In this document: one piece after another, positions 38,306 through 49,700 of the stretch
Position numbering within the stretch: position 1 is the stretch's first letter
Layout: every line of letters begins with the position of its first letter
NCBI GenBank assembly: GCA_964608665.1
Contig: CAZSQJ010000002.1
Location: 3,508-67,507, forward strand
DNA length: 64,000 bases
Direction of reading: 5' to 3'
Source: an uncultured Bacteroidales bacterium
Lineage (GTDB): Bacteria > Bacteroidota > Bacteroidia > Bacteroidales > CAIXZF01
Notes under the pieces: generated by a model
The model's database searches: none
Told to the model about the DNA's origin: nothing
What the model saw: only the letters and a program-made list of their open reading frames with translations
Program-made: the position numbers and the translations under genes

Positions 38306-39451
38306 TTACTTGTAAAACAAGGTCTTTCTGAAAGGTTTAGCGGTGGTGGTGTATGTATCCACGAAGGCTTTGTGTTCCTGCTGGCTTTGCATCGCCTGTT
38401 TGATCATGCCGTCAAGCTGCCTGCAGGATGCAGCGGTGGATTCGTCGGGATCGGCCACGGCATTCAGTTGTGCGGCAGCAAGCGACAGGGCAGTCTGCAC
38501 CGTATCGATCATCTGTACGATGGCCTCATCCGTTTTTTTCGGATTGAACTGCCGGTTCCGGTATTGGATAAAGCTGTTAAGCAACTGAATGGCCTCGTTG
38601 AAAGTATGGACGGCCAGGTTGTATTGTTCTACCCCGCTTTTATTGCGGTGGTAATCGATCTCACGGTTGATGTGCTGCAGCCTTTCGTAAGTCATGGCAT
38701 TGGTGACGCCGTTCGCCTGTATCCTCCGGGCAGCGGAACGGAGCCGGTCGATATCGCGCTGGCGGTCGTATGCATCGACAGAGTCCCTGTAGTTGAATAC
38801 CACTCCCTGCGGGTTTCCTTTGGTCAGGCCGTCATTAAAATCTTTGGCTGTTAGCGGATGGGCGAGCAACTGCCAGAGCGGATCGAAGGGCATATGCGAT
38901 TGGATGAGTACTTCCGGTGGCGTAAGGAAGTAGAAATCGTTGACTTTACGGATGAAACGATTATTTTCCACATGGCCTGAACCCCAGGCAGGATCGATAA
39001 AGTACCAGCCTGAAGGGGTTTCCGCTGCGCACCAGAGGTGGGGGAGGAGGTCCATCATACCGTTTTGCCGTGTGTAGCCGGGTACCGTATAGGTTCTTAG
39101 TCCGCATTGCCTGGCAATGGCATTGAATAATTCGGCGAAATGCATACATACCCCTTTCCGGCGGCTTAAGGCATCTTTCACAATCTCTGCGGTGCTTTGG
39201 TAATCGTAGACCGTGAAAATATTCTCCATGTCGTAGCGGATGTTCGTGGTGATCCAGTCAAAGATCGCCCGGTAACACGCCCTGTGATCCGGATAATGAG
39301 AGCTGAAGTATTCCGACAATCCCGCAACCGTATGGGTAAGAGAGTCGGGTATGGTCCCGGCCGCCTGTTTTTCAGGCGCAATGCTTGTTCCCCCGGAGGC
39401 AGCTCCGGAGCAGATATGGATGAGGATCAGGAATCCGGTGATGCGCAACAT
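38306..39451 (-). CDS. Secreted transglutaminase-like cysteine-protease-fold protein with a helical C-terminal domain
   Basis: Signal peptide and catalytic-triad context RKGVCMHFAELF ... HLWCAAE ... YFIDPAWG. Confidence 0.7.
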   Translation of the reverse strand: MLRITGFLILIHICSGAASGGTSIAPEKQAAGTIPDSLTHTVAGLSEYFSSHYPDHRACYRAIFDWITTNIRYDMENIFTVYDYQSTAEIVKDALSRRKGVCMHFAELFNAIARQCGLRTYTVPGYTRQNGMMDLLPHLWCAAETPSGWYFIDPAWGSGHVENNRFIRKVNDFYFLTPPEVLIQSHMPFDPLWQLLAHPLTAKDFNDGLTKGNPQGVVFNYRDSVDAYDRQRDIDRLRSAARRIQANGVTNAMTYERLQHINREIDYHRNKSGVEQYNLAVHTFNEAIQLLNSFIQYRNRQFNPKKTDEAIVQMIDTVQTALSLAAAQLNAVADPDESTAASCRQLDGMIKQAMQSQQEHKAFVDTYTTTAKPFRKTLFYK

Positions 39452-39485
39452 GACTGGACCTGTTTCTTCAATCCGGAGCTTGAGA

Positions 39486-42400
39486 TTACTCCTGTTTTAC
39501 TGAGAAATCCATGGCAGCGAGTCGTTTATACGACATGTAGCGCCATTTGGCGTTTTCTTCTGCTGCCTGGAATAATTCCGTGGCTTCTTTTGGGAAACTT
39601 TTCTTCAGAGAGGAGTACCTGACCTCGCCGGCAAGGAATTCTTTGAACTGTTCCCAGCTTGGTTCTTTGGAGTCGAGGATAAAGGGATTTTGTCCTTCTT
39701 TTTCGAGCAGCGGATTGTAGCGGTAAAGCTGCCAGTATCCGCATGCCACGGCGCGCTCGGATTCTTCCTGGGATTTTCCCATGCCGGCCCTGATTCCGTG
39801 GTTGATACAGGGGGAATAGGCGATAATGACGGAAGGTCCTGGGTAGTTTTCGGCTTCTTTGAGGGCTTTGAAGTACTGTGCCTGGTTTGCCCCCATGGCG
39901 ACCTGGGCCACGTAAACATAGCCGTACGACATGGCCATCATGCCAAGATCCTTTTTCCGGATGCGTTTACCGGAGGCTGCGAATTTCGCCACTGCCCCGA
40001 TGGGGGTTGCTTTGGATGACTGACCGCCCGTATTGCTGTATACTTCCGTATCAAGCACGAGCAGGTTGATATCCTTACCGGAAGCGATCACGTGGTCGAG
40101 TCCGCCATAACCGATATCATAGGCCCAGCCGTCGCCGCCGAATACCCAAACCGATTTTTTGACCAGGTATTGTTTCAGGTCGAGGATCTCGCGGAAAGCT
40201 GCATGCGATGTTTTGCCGCAGGCTTCGATAACCTTTTCGGAAGCGGCTTTCGAGGCTTCTCCCTTGTCCTTGTTTTCCAGCCATTCGGTGAAAGCCGCGC
40301 GGGTTTCGTCCGGCAGGCCATTTTCAAGCAATGCCTTCATCTTCAGGGCAATTCTGTCGCGGATCTTATCGATGGCGGTGACCATACCGAAGCCGTATTC
40401 GGCATTGTCTTCAAAGAGGGAATTTGCCCAGGCGGGACCTTTTCCCTGTTTGTTCACCGAGTATGGTGTGGAAGGTGCGGAGCCTCCGTAAATTGAGGAG
40501 CAGCCTGTTGCGTTGGCCACCAGCATGCGGTCACCGTAAAGCTGGGTTACAAGTTTCAGGTACGGGGTTTCGCCGCAGCCGGCACATGCACCGGAGAACT
40601 CGAAGAGCGGTTGGGCGAACTGACTGTTTTTCAGAGAGGTATCCCTTCCAACGAGCTGGTCTTTATAAGTAACATTGGCAAAGAGGTAGTCCCAGTTGGC
40701 AATTTCCTTTTCCTGGGAACCGAGGGGTTTCATCACCAGGGCTTTCTGTTTGCTGGGACAGACATCGGCGCAGTTGCCGCAGCCGGTACAGTCGAGGACG
40801 CTGACCTGGATTTTGAAACGAAGTCCGGCGAGCGGGCGTCCGTTCGCGGAAACGGTGGGAGCGCCATCGGGCAGTCCTTTCATTTCTTCTTCATTCAGCA
40901 AAAAGGGTCTGATGGCGGCATGCGGACAAACATAGGCGCACTGGTTGCACTGGATACAGTTTTCGGGTACCCATTCAGGGACGTTGACGGCGATACCGCG
41001 TTTTTCGTAGCGGGTGGTTCCTGCCTGGAAGGTGCCGTCTTCACGGCCGAGGAAGGCACTTACGGGAAGATCGTCGCCCTTCATGCTGTTGATGGGTTCC
41101 GCCACCTGCTTTACAAAGTCGGGGATGTCGCGGCTATCGGCTTCTTTTTTCACTTCAAGCTGTGACCACCCGGCGGGTATGTCGACCTGTTCCACATCTG
41201 CACCTTTGTCGATGGCGGCGATGTTCATGTTGACTACATCCTCGCCTTTATTTCCGTATGTTTTGATGATGGCTTTCTTCATTTCCTTTGCGGCCAGCTC
41301 GTAGGGAATCACTCCGGAGACTTTGAAGAAGGCGCTTTGCATGATGGTATTGGTTCTGGTGCCGAGTCCGAGGTCTTCTGCAATTTTGGTTGCATTGATA
41401 ATGAAGAATTTGATCTCTTTTTGTGCCAGGATTTTCTTCATATGGTCGGGCAGTCTTTCTTTGGTTTCTTCTGCAGACCAGATGCTGTTGAACAGGAATA
41501 CACCGCCTTTTTTTATGCCTTTCAGCATGTCGTATTTCTCGAGGTAGGCAGGAACGTGGCAGGCGACAAAGTCGGGGCTGTTGACCAGGTAAGGGGAGCG
41601 GATCGGGGAGTCGCCGAAGCGCAGGTGGGAAGTGGTAACACCTCCTGATTTTTTTGAGTCATAGGCGAAATATGCCTGGGCGTATTTTTCTGTGGTGTCG
41701 CCGATGATCTTGATGGAGTTTTTATTGGCTCCGACCGTACCGTCGGCACCGATGCCGTAAAACTTGGCTTCAAAAGTTCCCGGGGGGCAGATGGAGATCT
41801 CTTCGAGGACAGGAAGGGATAAAAAGGTGACATCATCCACGATACCGACTGTGAAGCGGTTTTTGGGCTCGTTGGCTTTAAGGTTGTTGAATACCGACAA
41901 TATCATGGCCGGGGTGGTATCCTTGGAGCTGAGTCCGTATCTGCCGCCGATGACCAGAGGGGCGTCCGGATTGCCATAGTAGATATCCTTTACGTCGAGG
42001 TACAGTGGTTCGCCGTTGGCGCCGGGTTCCTTGGTACGGTCGAGTACGCAGATTCTTTTGACGGTACCGGGCATGACCTTCATGAAATATTTTGCGGAGA
42101 AAGGCCGGTACAGGTGGACGCTGACAAGGCCGGTTTTTTCGCCGCGGCTTCCCAGGAAATCGATGACTTCCCTGATGGTTTCCGTGACGGAGCCCATGGC
42201 CACGATCACGTGTTCGGCATCCTTCGGGCCGTAATAGGTAAAGGGATGATATTCACGGCCGCAGAGGGCGCTGAGTTCCTGCATATAGTCTTCCACAATG
42301 TCGGGGACCAGATCGTAGAAACGGTTGGCTGCTTCGCGGCTCTGGAAGTAGATGTCGGGATTCTGGGCGGTGCCTCTGGTGACTGGGTTTTCGGGGTTGA

Positions 42401-43028
42401 GGGCTTTGTCGCGGAAGGCTTGCAATGCATTGTAATCGACCATTTTAGCCATTTGTTCCGTGGTAGGTGCTTCTACCTTCTGCACTTCGTGTGAGGTTCT
42501 GAAACCGTCGAAGAAGTGGAGGAAGGGAACCCTTGATTTGATGGAGGCCAGGTGGGCAACGGCGGCGATGTCCATGATTTCCTGGACCGATCCTGTGGCC
42601 AGCAGTGCGAATCCTGTCATCCTGGTGCTCATCACGTCGCTGTGGTCGCCGAAGATGGACAGGGCCTGGGCGGCAACGCTCCTGGCGCTGACGTGGAACA
42701 CACCGGGCAGCAGTTCACCGGAGATCTTGTACATGTTGGGGATCATCAGCAACAATCCCTGTGAGGCCGTATACGTGGTGCAGAGTGCTCCGGCCTGAAG
42801 CGCACCGTGAACCGCGCCGGCAGCGCCGGCTTCCGACTGCATTTCTTCCACCTTCACAGTTTCGCCGAAGATATTTTTCAATCCGTGGGCCGCCCATTCG
42901 TCGATGTATTCCGCCATGGTGGATGATGGCGTGATTGGGTAAATACAGGCAACTTCACTGAACATGTAAGCAATGTGGGAAGCAGCATAGTTGCCGTCGC
43001 AGGTGATGAAATTTTTGTTGGTACTCAT
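39486..43028 (-). CDS. nifJ: Pyruvate:ferredoxin (flavodoxin) oxidoreductase
   Basis: 1180 aa, ferredoxin motifs CIQCNQCAYVCP and CTGCGNCADVCP, and TPP-binding block VWVFGGDGWAYDIGYGGLDH. Confidence 0.97.
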   Translation of the reverse strand: MSTNKNFITCDGNYAASHIAYMFSEVACIYPITPSSTMAEYIDEWAAHGLKNIFGETVKVEEMQSEAGAAGAVHGALQAGALCTTYTASQGLLLMIPNMYKISGELLPGVFHVSARSVAAQALSIFGDHSDVMSTRMTGFALLATGSVQEIMDIAAVAHLASIKSRVPFLHFFDGFRTSHEVQKVEAPTTEQMAKMVDYNALQAFRDKALNPENPVTRGTAQNPDIYFQSREAANRFYDLVPDIVEDYMQELSALCGREYHPFTYYGPKDAEHVIVAMGSVTETIREVIDFLGSRGEKTGLVSVHLYRPFSAKYFMKVMPGTVKRICVLDRTKEPGANGEPLYLDVKDIYYGNPDAPLVIGGRYGLSSKDTTPAMILSVFNNLKANEPKNRFTVGIVDDVTFLSLPVLEEISICPPGTFEAKFYGIGADGTVGANKNSIKIIGDTTEKYAQAYFAYDSKKSGGVTTSHLRFGDSPIRSPYLVNSPDFVACHVPAYLEKYDMLKGIKKGGVFLFNSIWSAEETKERLPDHMKKILAQKEIKFFIINATKIAEDLGLGTRTNTIMQSAFFKVSGVIPYELAAKEMKKAIIKTYGNKGEDVVNMNIAAIDKGADVEQVDIPAGWSQLEVKKEADSRDIPDFVKQVAEPINSMKGDDLPVSAFLGREDGTFQAGTTRYEKRGIAVNVPEWVPENCIQCNQCAYVCPHAAIRPFLLNEEEMKGLPDGAPTVSANGRPLAGLRFKIQVSVLDCTGCGNCADVCPSKQKALVMKPLGSQEKEIANWDYLFANVTYKDQLVGRDTSLKNSQFAQPLFEFSGACAGCGETPYLKLVTQLYGDRMLVANATGCSSIYGGSAPSTPYSVNKQGKGPAWANSLFEDNAEYGFGMVTAIDKIRDRIALKMKALLENGLPDETRAAFTEWLENKDKGEASKAASEKVIEACGKTSHAAFREILDLKQYLVKKSVWVFGGDGWAYDIGYGGLDHVIASGKDINLLVLDTEVYSNTGGQSSKATPIGAVAKFAASGKRIRKKDLGMMAMSYGYVYVAQVAMGANQAQYFKALKEAENYPGPSVIIAYSPCINHGIRAGMGKSQEESERAVACGYWQLYRYNPLLEKEGQNPFILDSKEPSWEQFKEFLAGEVRYSSLKKSFPKEATELFQAAEENAKWRYMSYKRLAAMDFSVKQE

Positions 43029-43089
43029 GTTATGAGGATTTGTATTAAGCGCAAGTTGATAATTCCGGACATTTCCGGAAAAACGGGTG

Positions 43090-43097
43090 CAAAGTTA
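43090..43097 (-). promoter_or_regulatory. Bacteroidota-type -7 promoter box (TAACTTTG on the minus strand) for nifJ
   Basis: Exact TAnnTTTG match 61 nt upstream of the ATG at 43028. Confidence 0.5.
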
Positions 43098-43186
43098 GCC
43101 ATTAATCCAATGAAAAGAAACCACCGGGCTTAATTATATGCGGTCTAAATACGCTCCGGATCGAACCACAGACAGGGCAAAATTGT

Positions 43187-43194
43187 TACTTTTG
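43187..43194 (+). promoter_or_regulatory. Bacteroidota-type -7 promoter box (TACTTTTG)
   Basis: Exact TAnnTTTG match 29 nt upstream of the ATG at 43224. Confidence 0.5.
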
Positions 43195-43223
43195 CCGTAA
43201 TTCATCCAAAACATTTCATTCTT

Positions 43224-44240
43224 ATGGTCGATATGCAGACACAATACCTCGGGCTGACACTTAAGAACCCGCTCATCATCGGAGCCAGCAACCTGGTTCA
43301 GGATCTCGGTACAGTGAAAAAACTGGAGGCTGCAGGTGCAGCTGCCATCGTGTACAAATCACTTTTCGAGGAACAGATTCAGCTTGAATCACTCAAAATG
43401 CACGAAGATTTGCATGAGTACAATGAACGGCATGCCGAAATGATCAGCCTTTTTCCTAAAATGGAGCATGCCGGACCGAAAGAACACCTGAACCATCTGC
43501 AGCAGGTAAAGGAAAGCGTGGGGATACCCGTAATTGCCAGTCTGAATGCCATCTACCACGAGAGTTGGGAAGAATATGCCGTATTGCTTGAAAAGCATGG
43601 CGCTGATGCCCTGGAACTGAATTTTTATGCCGTGCCCGACAGCATGGAAAAAGCAGGGACAGATATTGAAACCTATCAGCTGAAAGTCCTCGATACGATC
43701 AAAAAGGCCGTCCGAATCCCTGTCAGTGTCAAGCTCAGCCCGTTTTATTCAAACACCCTTCAGGTGGTAAAGAAAATGGATGAAGCGGGAGCTGACGGTT
43801 TTGTGTTGTTCAATCGCCTTTTTCAGCCCGATATCGATCTGAACAGTGTATCGTATATCACACCCCTTCACCTGAGCCAGGAAACAGAGGACTTTAAGTT
43901 GCCGCTTCGCTACACGGGGCTGTTGGCGGGTAATATCCGCGGCGGAATTTGCCAGAATACCGGTATTTTCAGCGGGAATCAGGTGTTGAAGGCCCTGCTT
44001 GCCGGCGCCGATTGTGTTCAGATTGTCAGTGCGATATACAAACACGGAATTTCCCACCTGTCAGTCATGCTTTCCGAGATCGAAAAGTGGATGGAAGCCG
44101 CCGGATATGATAGCATCGGCACCTTCAGGGGCAGTTTGTCGCGGAAGCAGGTGAAAGATCCTTTCATATTTAAAAGAGCCCAATATGTGGACATCCTGCT
44201 GAAGTCCGATGAGATTTTCAGCCGTTACCCGCTTCGTTAG
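43224..44240 (+). CDS. Dihydroorotate dehydrogenase-like TIM-barrel flavoprotein
   Basis: LGLTLKNPLIIGASNL, IASLN, ELNFY and VKLSP blocks of the DHOD/DHPD family. It lacks the features I would need to call it pyrD. Confidence 0.75.
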   Translation: MVDMQTQYLGLTLKNPLIIGASNLVQDLGTVKKLEAAGAAAIVYKSLFEEQIQLESLKMHEDLHEYNERHAEMISLFPKMEHAGPKEHLNHLQQVKESVGIPVIASLNAIYHESWEEYAVLLEKHGADALELNFYAVPDSMEKAGTDIETYQLKVLDTIKKAVRIPVSVKLSPFYSNTLQVVKKMDEAGADGFVLFNRLFQPDIDLNSVSYITPLHLSQETEDFKLPLRYTGLLAGNIRGGICQNTGIFSGNQVLKALLAGADCVQIVSAIYKHGISHLSVMLSEIEKWMEAAGYDSIGTFRGSLSRKQVKDPFIFKRAQYVDILLKSDEIFSRYPLR

Positions 44241-44269
44241 GCCTGTCCTGACCTTAAGCTGAACTTCCC

Positions 44270-46771
44270 TTGCTGTTCCCATCCGCTATTGAAGAAAAAC
44301 TCGGCTTTCACACCATTCGTGAGATACTGGCGGATTTGTGCCAGAGCGATGCCGGCAGGGAACTGGTCGCAGGGATGCGTTTTCTCTCCGACAGGAATAT
44401 CATTGCCAGGCAGCTTGAGGAAACCGAGGAAGTCAGGCAACTGCTTTTACTGCCCGGACTTCCATCCCTGAAGATGGCTCCGCTTGAACGGGAACTCAGC
44501 CTGCTTGCCGTTGAGGGTTCTTTTCTGGAAGAAGACAGCCTGGTTGAATTAAAGTCGTTACTGATCAATATCCTGGCCGTCACTTCCTGGATCCGGAAGC
44601 TTGAAGCCGGCCGTTTTCCGCTGCTGGCGGAACAGGCGTCAGGACTGCTGATTGACAGCAGTGTGCTCACGCCCCTTGAAAGCCTGCTCAACGAAAAAGG
44701 CAGGGTTGCCGACAATGCCAGTCCGGCCTTGCTGAAAGTCAGAAATGCCCTCTCAGCAAGGAGAAAGGAAGTGACACATCAGCTCGGGAGGGTTTTTCAG
44801 CAGGCACGCAGGCAGGGATGGACCGAAGAAGGCCTGGAACCCACGGTCAGGGGAGGACGCCTGGTGATTCCGTTGCTGGCCAATCACAAACGCAGGATCA
44901 GAGGGATCATTCACGATGAATCCTCCACAGGACATACTGTCTATCTTGAACCTGAAGATATTTTTCAGAGCAACAACCAGATCAGGGAACTGGAATTGCA
45001 GGAAAGACGCGAAGTCATTAAGGTACTGATCAGGATCGCCACCTTGCTCAGACCGCACCTGCCTGCCATCAGATCGGCCGTTGCCATGATGGCAAAACTG
45101 GATTTTGTCCACTCCAAAGCGGCTTTTGCCCTGAAAACATCCTCCTTTAAACCGCAACTCCGGGAAACAGGCGGTGTGGAGTGGATCCATGCACGGCATC
45201 CCCTGCTTTACCTGTCGCACCTGGCACAGAAAAAAGAAGTCGTTCCGCAACATATTACCCTCGACCCGGACCACAGGATACTGGTGATCTCCGGGCCCAA
45301 TGCGGGAGGGAAGTCGGTGTGCCTGAAGACCGCCGGATTATTACAGTATATGATGCAGTGCGGATTGCTTGTTCCTGCAAAAGAAGGATCTTCCGCCTGT
45401 GTTTTCAGGGATGTGTTCATCGAGCTGGGTGATGAGCAATCACTTGAAAATGATCTTAGTACTTACAGTTCCCATTTACAGCACATGCAGTTCTTCATGG
45501 AGCAGGCCGGGTCTTCCACCCTGTTTCTCATTGACGAGATGGGTTCAGGTACCGAACCCCAGGTGGGGGGTGCCATTGCAGAGGTGGTGCTTGGAGTTTT
45601 GAACAGCAGGGGTGCTTACGGGGTGGTTACCACCCATTATACCAATCTTAAAGTGATGGCATCCTCCCATCCGGGTATCATGAATGCTGCCATGGCATTT
45701 GACCGGACACGGATGGAACCATTGTTTAAACTGGAGACCGGGAGACCGGGAAGTTCCTTTGCCATTGAAATTGCCCGCAAAATGGGATTTGACGAGACCT
45801 TGCTCGAAAAGGCCATGACCCTCGCAGGAAGGGCGCAGTTCGATTTTGACCAGCAGATACAGGAACTGGAGTTGCAGAAGAAAACCCTGGAGTCGAAAAC
45901 CACAGGTTTCCAGGTTGCCGATGCGTTTCTTGCAGAAATGATCGGAAAATACGAGAAAATGCTTGCAGACCTGGAGAAATCGCGACGTCAGGAGATGGAA
46001 AAGGCCAGGCAGGCTGCCTCAAAATTACTTGCTGAAAGTAACAGCCTGATAGAAAGGACGATCAGGGAAATCAGGGAGAGCCAGGCAGAGCGGGAAAAAA
46101 CCCGGCGGGTGCGGAGTGAATTTAATCAGGCCAGGGAGGTACTGGAGCAGCAACTACAAAAGGAGTCGGGGGTGGCAGAAAAAGCCGGGGAGCTTCAAAC
46201 CGGCGGGAAACGGCCCGGGAAGCTGCAGGAGTTTCAGAAAGACAACAAGGGAAGCAAGACAAAAGGCAGTCAGCAGAAGCAACCTCCCGCAGCCATGCCG
46301 GTACCGCTCCGGGAGGGCGACTGGGTGCGCTTACAGGGTCAGCAGGCGGCAGGCTTGCTTGAGGAGATCAGAGGGCAGGATGCCCTGGTGCGTTTTGGCG
46401 ATGTCAGGGTGAAATGTGCGCTGGGCCAGTTACTGCAGCTCAGCCAGGAAGAGATACCTGTTCCGGCGACCGGAACAGGGGTGAAATACGGAAACTTCAT
46501 CCGGGATTTGAACCAGCGGATGGCTGAATTTAAGTTAACCCTCGATCTAAGGGGAAAACGTGCGGAGGAAGCCCGGCAGATGCTGCAACAATATATGGAT
46601 GAGGCTGTTCTGCTGGAGGTGTTTGAGGTCAGAATCCTGCATGGCAAAGGGGATGGCATTCTAAGGGAGATTGTCAGGCAGTACCTCCGCGGAATACCGG
46701 AAGTGAAATCATACAGGGACGAGATGCTTGAGCTGGGAGGGCACGGCATTACTGTGGTATGCCTGCGGTAG
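44270..46771 (+). CDS. mutS2: Endonuclease MutS2 (MutS domain V ATPase plus Smr domain)
   Basis: TTG start gives MLFPSAIEEKLGFHTIREIL. Walker A GPNAGGKS, DEMGSGTEP, and C-terminal Smr (LDLRGKRAEEA...ILHGKGDGILR). Confidence 0.9.
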   Translation: MLFPSAIEEKLGFHTIREILADLCQSDAGRELVAGMRFLSDRNIIARQLEETEEVRQLLLLPGLPSLKMAPLERELSLLAVEGSFLEEDSLVELKSLLINILAVTSWIRKLEAGRFPLLAEQASGLLIDSSVLTPLESLLNEKGRVADNASPALLKVRNALSARRKEVTHQLGRVFQQARRQGWTEEGLEPTVRGGRLVIPLLANHKRRIRGIIHDESSTGHTVYLEPEDIFQSNNQIRELELQERREVIKVLIRIATLLRPHLPAIRSAVAMMAKLDFVHSKAAFALKTSSFKPQLRETGGVEWIHARHPLLYLSHLAQKKEVVPQHITLDPDHRILVISGPNAGGKSVCLKTAGLLQYMMQCGLLVPAKEGSSACVFRDVFIELGDEQSLENDLSTYSSHLQHMQFFMEQAGSSTLFLIDEMGSGTEPQVGGAIAEVVLGVLNSRGAYGVVTTHYTNLKVMASSHPGIMNAAMAFDRTRMEPLFKLETGRPGSSFAIEIARKMGFDETLLEKAMTLAGRAQFDFDQQIQELELQKKTLESKTTGFQVADAFLAEMIGKYEKMLADLEKSRRQEMEKARQAASKLLAESNSLIERTIREIRESQAEREKTRRVRSEFNQAREVLEQQLQKESGVAEKAGELQTGGKRPGKLQEFQKDNKGSKTKGSQQKQPPAAMPVPLREGDWVRLQGQQAAGLLEEIRGQDALVRFGDVRVKCALGQLLQLSQEEIPVPATGTGVKYGNFIRDLNQRMAEFKLTLDLRGKRAEEARQMLQQYMDEAVLLEVFEVRILHGKGDGILREIVRQYLRGIPEVKSYRDEMLELGGHGITVVCLR

Positions 46772-49700
46772 GAATGGTGAAGGTGATGGTGCTTCCTTCC
46801 CCGGCTGTGCTTACTGCATGAATACTGCCTTTGTGTTTTTCGATGAATTCTTTGCAGATCACGAGTCCCAGGCCGGTACCTTTTTCTTTAGAGGTACCGT
46901 CTCTTCTGATCTTTTTCGCGATATCAAAAAGTTGTCCGGTCTCTTCCGCCTTCATCCCCGTACCATAATCCCTGACCGACACTTCAGTATGATCGCCATT
47001 AAGCCGGGCGTTCACTTCAACCCGGCCTCCCGGGAAGGAAAATTTGATGCCGTTTGAGATGATGTTTCTCAGAACGGTGGCAATCATATTCCTGTCTGCG
47101 GTTACCTGAAGGTCGGCAGGGATATTATTGACAATGCTGACTTCCTTTGAAGCTGCCTGGTCACTCAGTATGCCTGTGGTTTCCCTTACCATCAGGTTCA
47201 GGTAGACTTTTTCGGGTGTGAATTCGATTTTACCGCTGTGGGCCTGAGACCATTCCAGCAGGTTCTGCAGCAGTTTTTGCAAATTAAGTGACACATCCCG
47301 GATGTTCCGGATTGTCTGGCGGCGTTCTTCGTCGGAGTAGTTTTCATATTCATCGTACAGCAGGTGGGAGAATCCGAGGATGGCATGGAGGGGGTTTTTC
47401 AGGTCGTGGCCGATAATGCTGAAGAACCTGGTTTTGGTGGCATTGGCTTCCTGCAGTTCGGCATTCTTGTTTTTGATGGATTCGTCGAAATATCTTTTGG
47501 AGGTGATGTCGGTAATGAAGCCTTCCAGGGCGGTAAGACGGCCTTCATGATCGTACACGCCGCAGCCTTTTTCCCATACCCATTTTCTGTTGCCGCTTGC
47601 CGTAATGATGGGATATTCGCTTTCGAAAAAGTCCTGGACTTTAAGTTTCTCCTGCCAGATCTCCCAGAGGGATTCCCTGTATTCGGGCTCTATCAGGTCG
47701 TTAAAGGCGATCACTTTATTGTCAACCAGTGCTTCGGGCGGATATCCGGTAAGTTCCAGGCAGCCTTTACTTACAAACGTCATCGTCCAGTTCCTGTCGT
47801 TTTTGCAACGGTAAGCCATCCCCGGCAGGTTGGCCATCAGGGTGGTAAGGGTGCGTTCCTGTTCTTTCAGGCTCTCCTGCAATTCTTTACGAAAATGAAT
47901 GTTGTGGGTGACCCCCTGGAAAAAACGCAGCGTACCGTCTTCTTCGAGAACCGGTGAGATGTGGCTTTCGAACCACATCAGGCTTCCGTCCCTGTGCCTG
48001 ATCTGCATTTCGATAATGTTTTTCACAAGGGGCAGCTTATTGTGCAGGGTGGTTGCATACCGTCTTCTGAAGACTTCCAGGATACGTACAGACCGTCCGG
48101 GCAAAAAGTCAGAGATAGGTCTTCCGGTCACTTCCAGCGGAGGATATCCCAGAATTGAAAGTACTGAAGGACTGACATAAAGGAATACAAGTCCGGGATC
48201 AAGCTGCCAGAGGATATCCGTCATGTTGTCTGCCAGCAGGCGGTATTTTTCTTCGCTTTCGCGCACGCGCCTGGTGGCAAGCAGTTGTTCGCTGATATCG
48301 CGGATGGCTACAATACGTACCTGCCTGCCTTTAAAGATGAAAGGTTTTGAAAGCACTTCAACCACAGAGATGCTGCCGCTGCTTGTTTTTAGCGGGATGG
48401 TGTATTGTTCTTCGCGTCCTGCGCTGATCTTTTCGAGAACCATGCCATGATACTCGGATGGTACCAGATCCAATACACTTCCTTTGAGTTTCTCACCCGC
48501 TTTCATTCCAAGCATTTCCAGAACTTTCTCATTGGTATCCAGAATAATACCTTTCTCGTGGATAAGGATTCCTTCGAAAGTGGCATTGCTGAGCACCTTG
48601 AGCCTTTGTTCGTTTTTTCGCCTGATTTCCTGGTTGATCAGAAGGAAGGTGATTGTCAGTATGATCAGGATGGAAATGGCGATCACCCAGGACCAGTATT
48701 GTTGCTGTTTGGTTTTCAGTCGTTCATTGTCCCGTTTTGCCCTGGTGGAATCGAATGCGGTTTGGATTTCGGAGAGCATGCGGGATGTCGCCTGGGTTTC
48801 CAGACTGTCGTTCAGTTTTTTGAACAGGTTCAGGTAGTGTTGCGCCTCGGTGGTATTATTGAGGGCGAGGTTGTTCAGTGCCAGGAACCAGGCTGCTTCT
48901 GCCTTTTCTTTGCCGACATAGGTGCTGTCGGCATAATCAAGGGCTTTTCCGGCATGCCGCAGTGCCAGTTTGTATTCATGGATTTCATTGAAGTGTTCGG
49001 AAAGTTTCAGGTTGATCTGGAAGAGGTTACGGTAGGCCCGGTATTGTTCCGCCAAATATGTGGCACGCTGAAAATACTGTAACATCAGTCTTTCCTGGTG
49101 TAATCCCTTGTAACACAGCCCGATCTGGTAAAGCAAGGCAGTGATGGTGCGTTTGTGGTCCCGGTCAAACTGGTGGTTGGTATCGGCATTGATCTGGTCG
49201 ATCGCTCTTCTGCAGTATGAAATTGCTTCGGTGTAGCGCTTTTTCATAAAATAAACCGAAGCGATATATGCCAGTGAATGACCTTTCAGGTACTGGGAAC
49301 CGTTAAATTCTGTGTTCTCAAGTAAAATCAGCTGTGCCTGCCTGAAATAAAAAAGTGCTGAATCGGAGTTGTCCATTTCCCTGTAGCAGAGGCCCAGGTT
49401 GTTGGTAGCGGTGTAAGTGCCAAGTCTTGCACCGATTTTTTTGAAAACATAAATGGCCTCCCTGTAGAAACTATTGGAAATGTGATACAGCTCTGAAGCA
49501 TAGAAACGGTTTCCGATATCGATCAGAACATAGCCGCTTTGAAAATGTAATCCGTGTTTGCTGAGCAGGTTGAAGGAATTCAGCAGCATCTCAAGGCTTT
49601 TGCCGGTAAGGCCTTTATCCGCATAAGCTTTGTTGAGCATGTAATACAGGTCGGAAGTAAGGCTCGGGTTACGGTTCGAATCAACCAGCTCCATCAGCCT

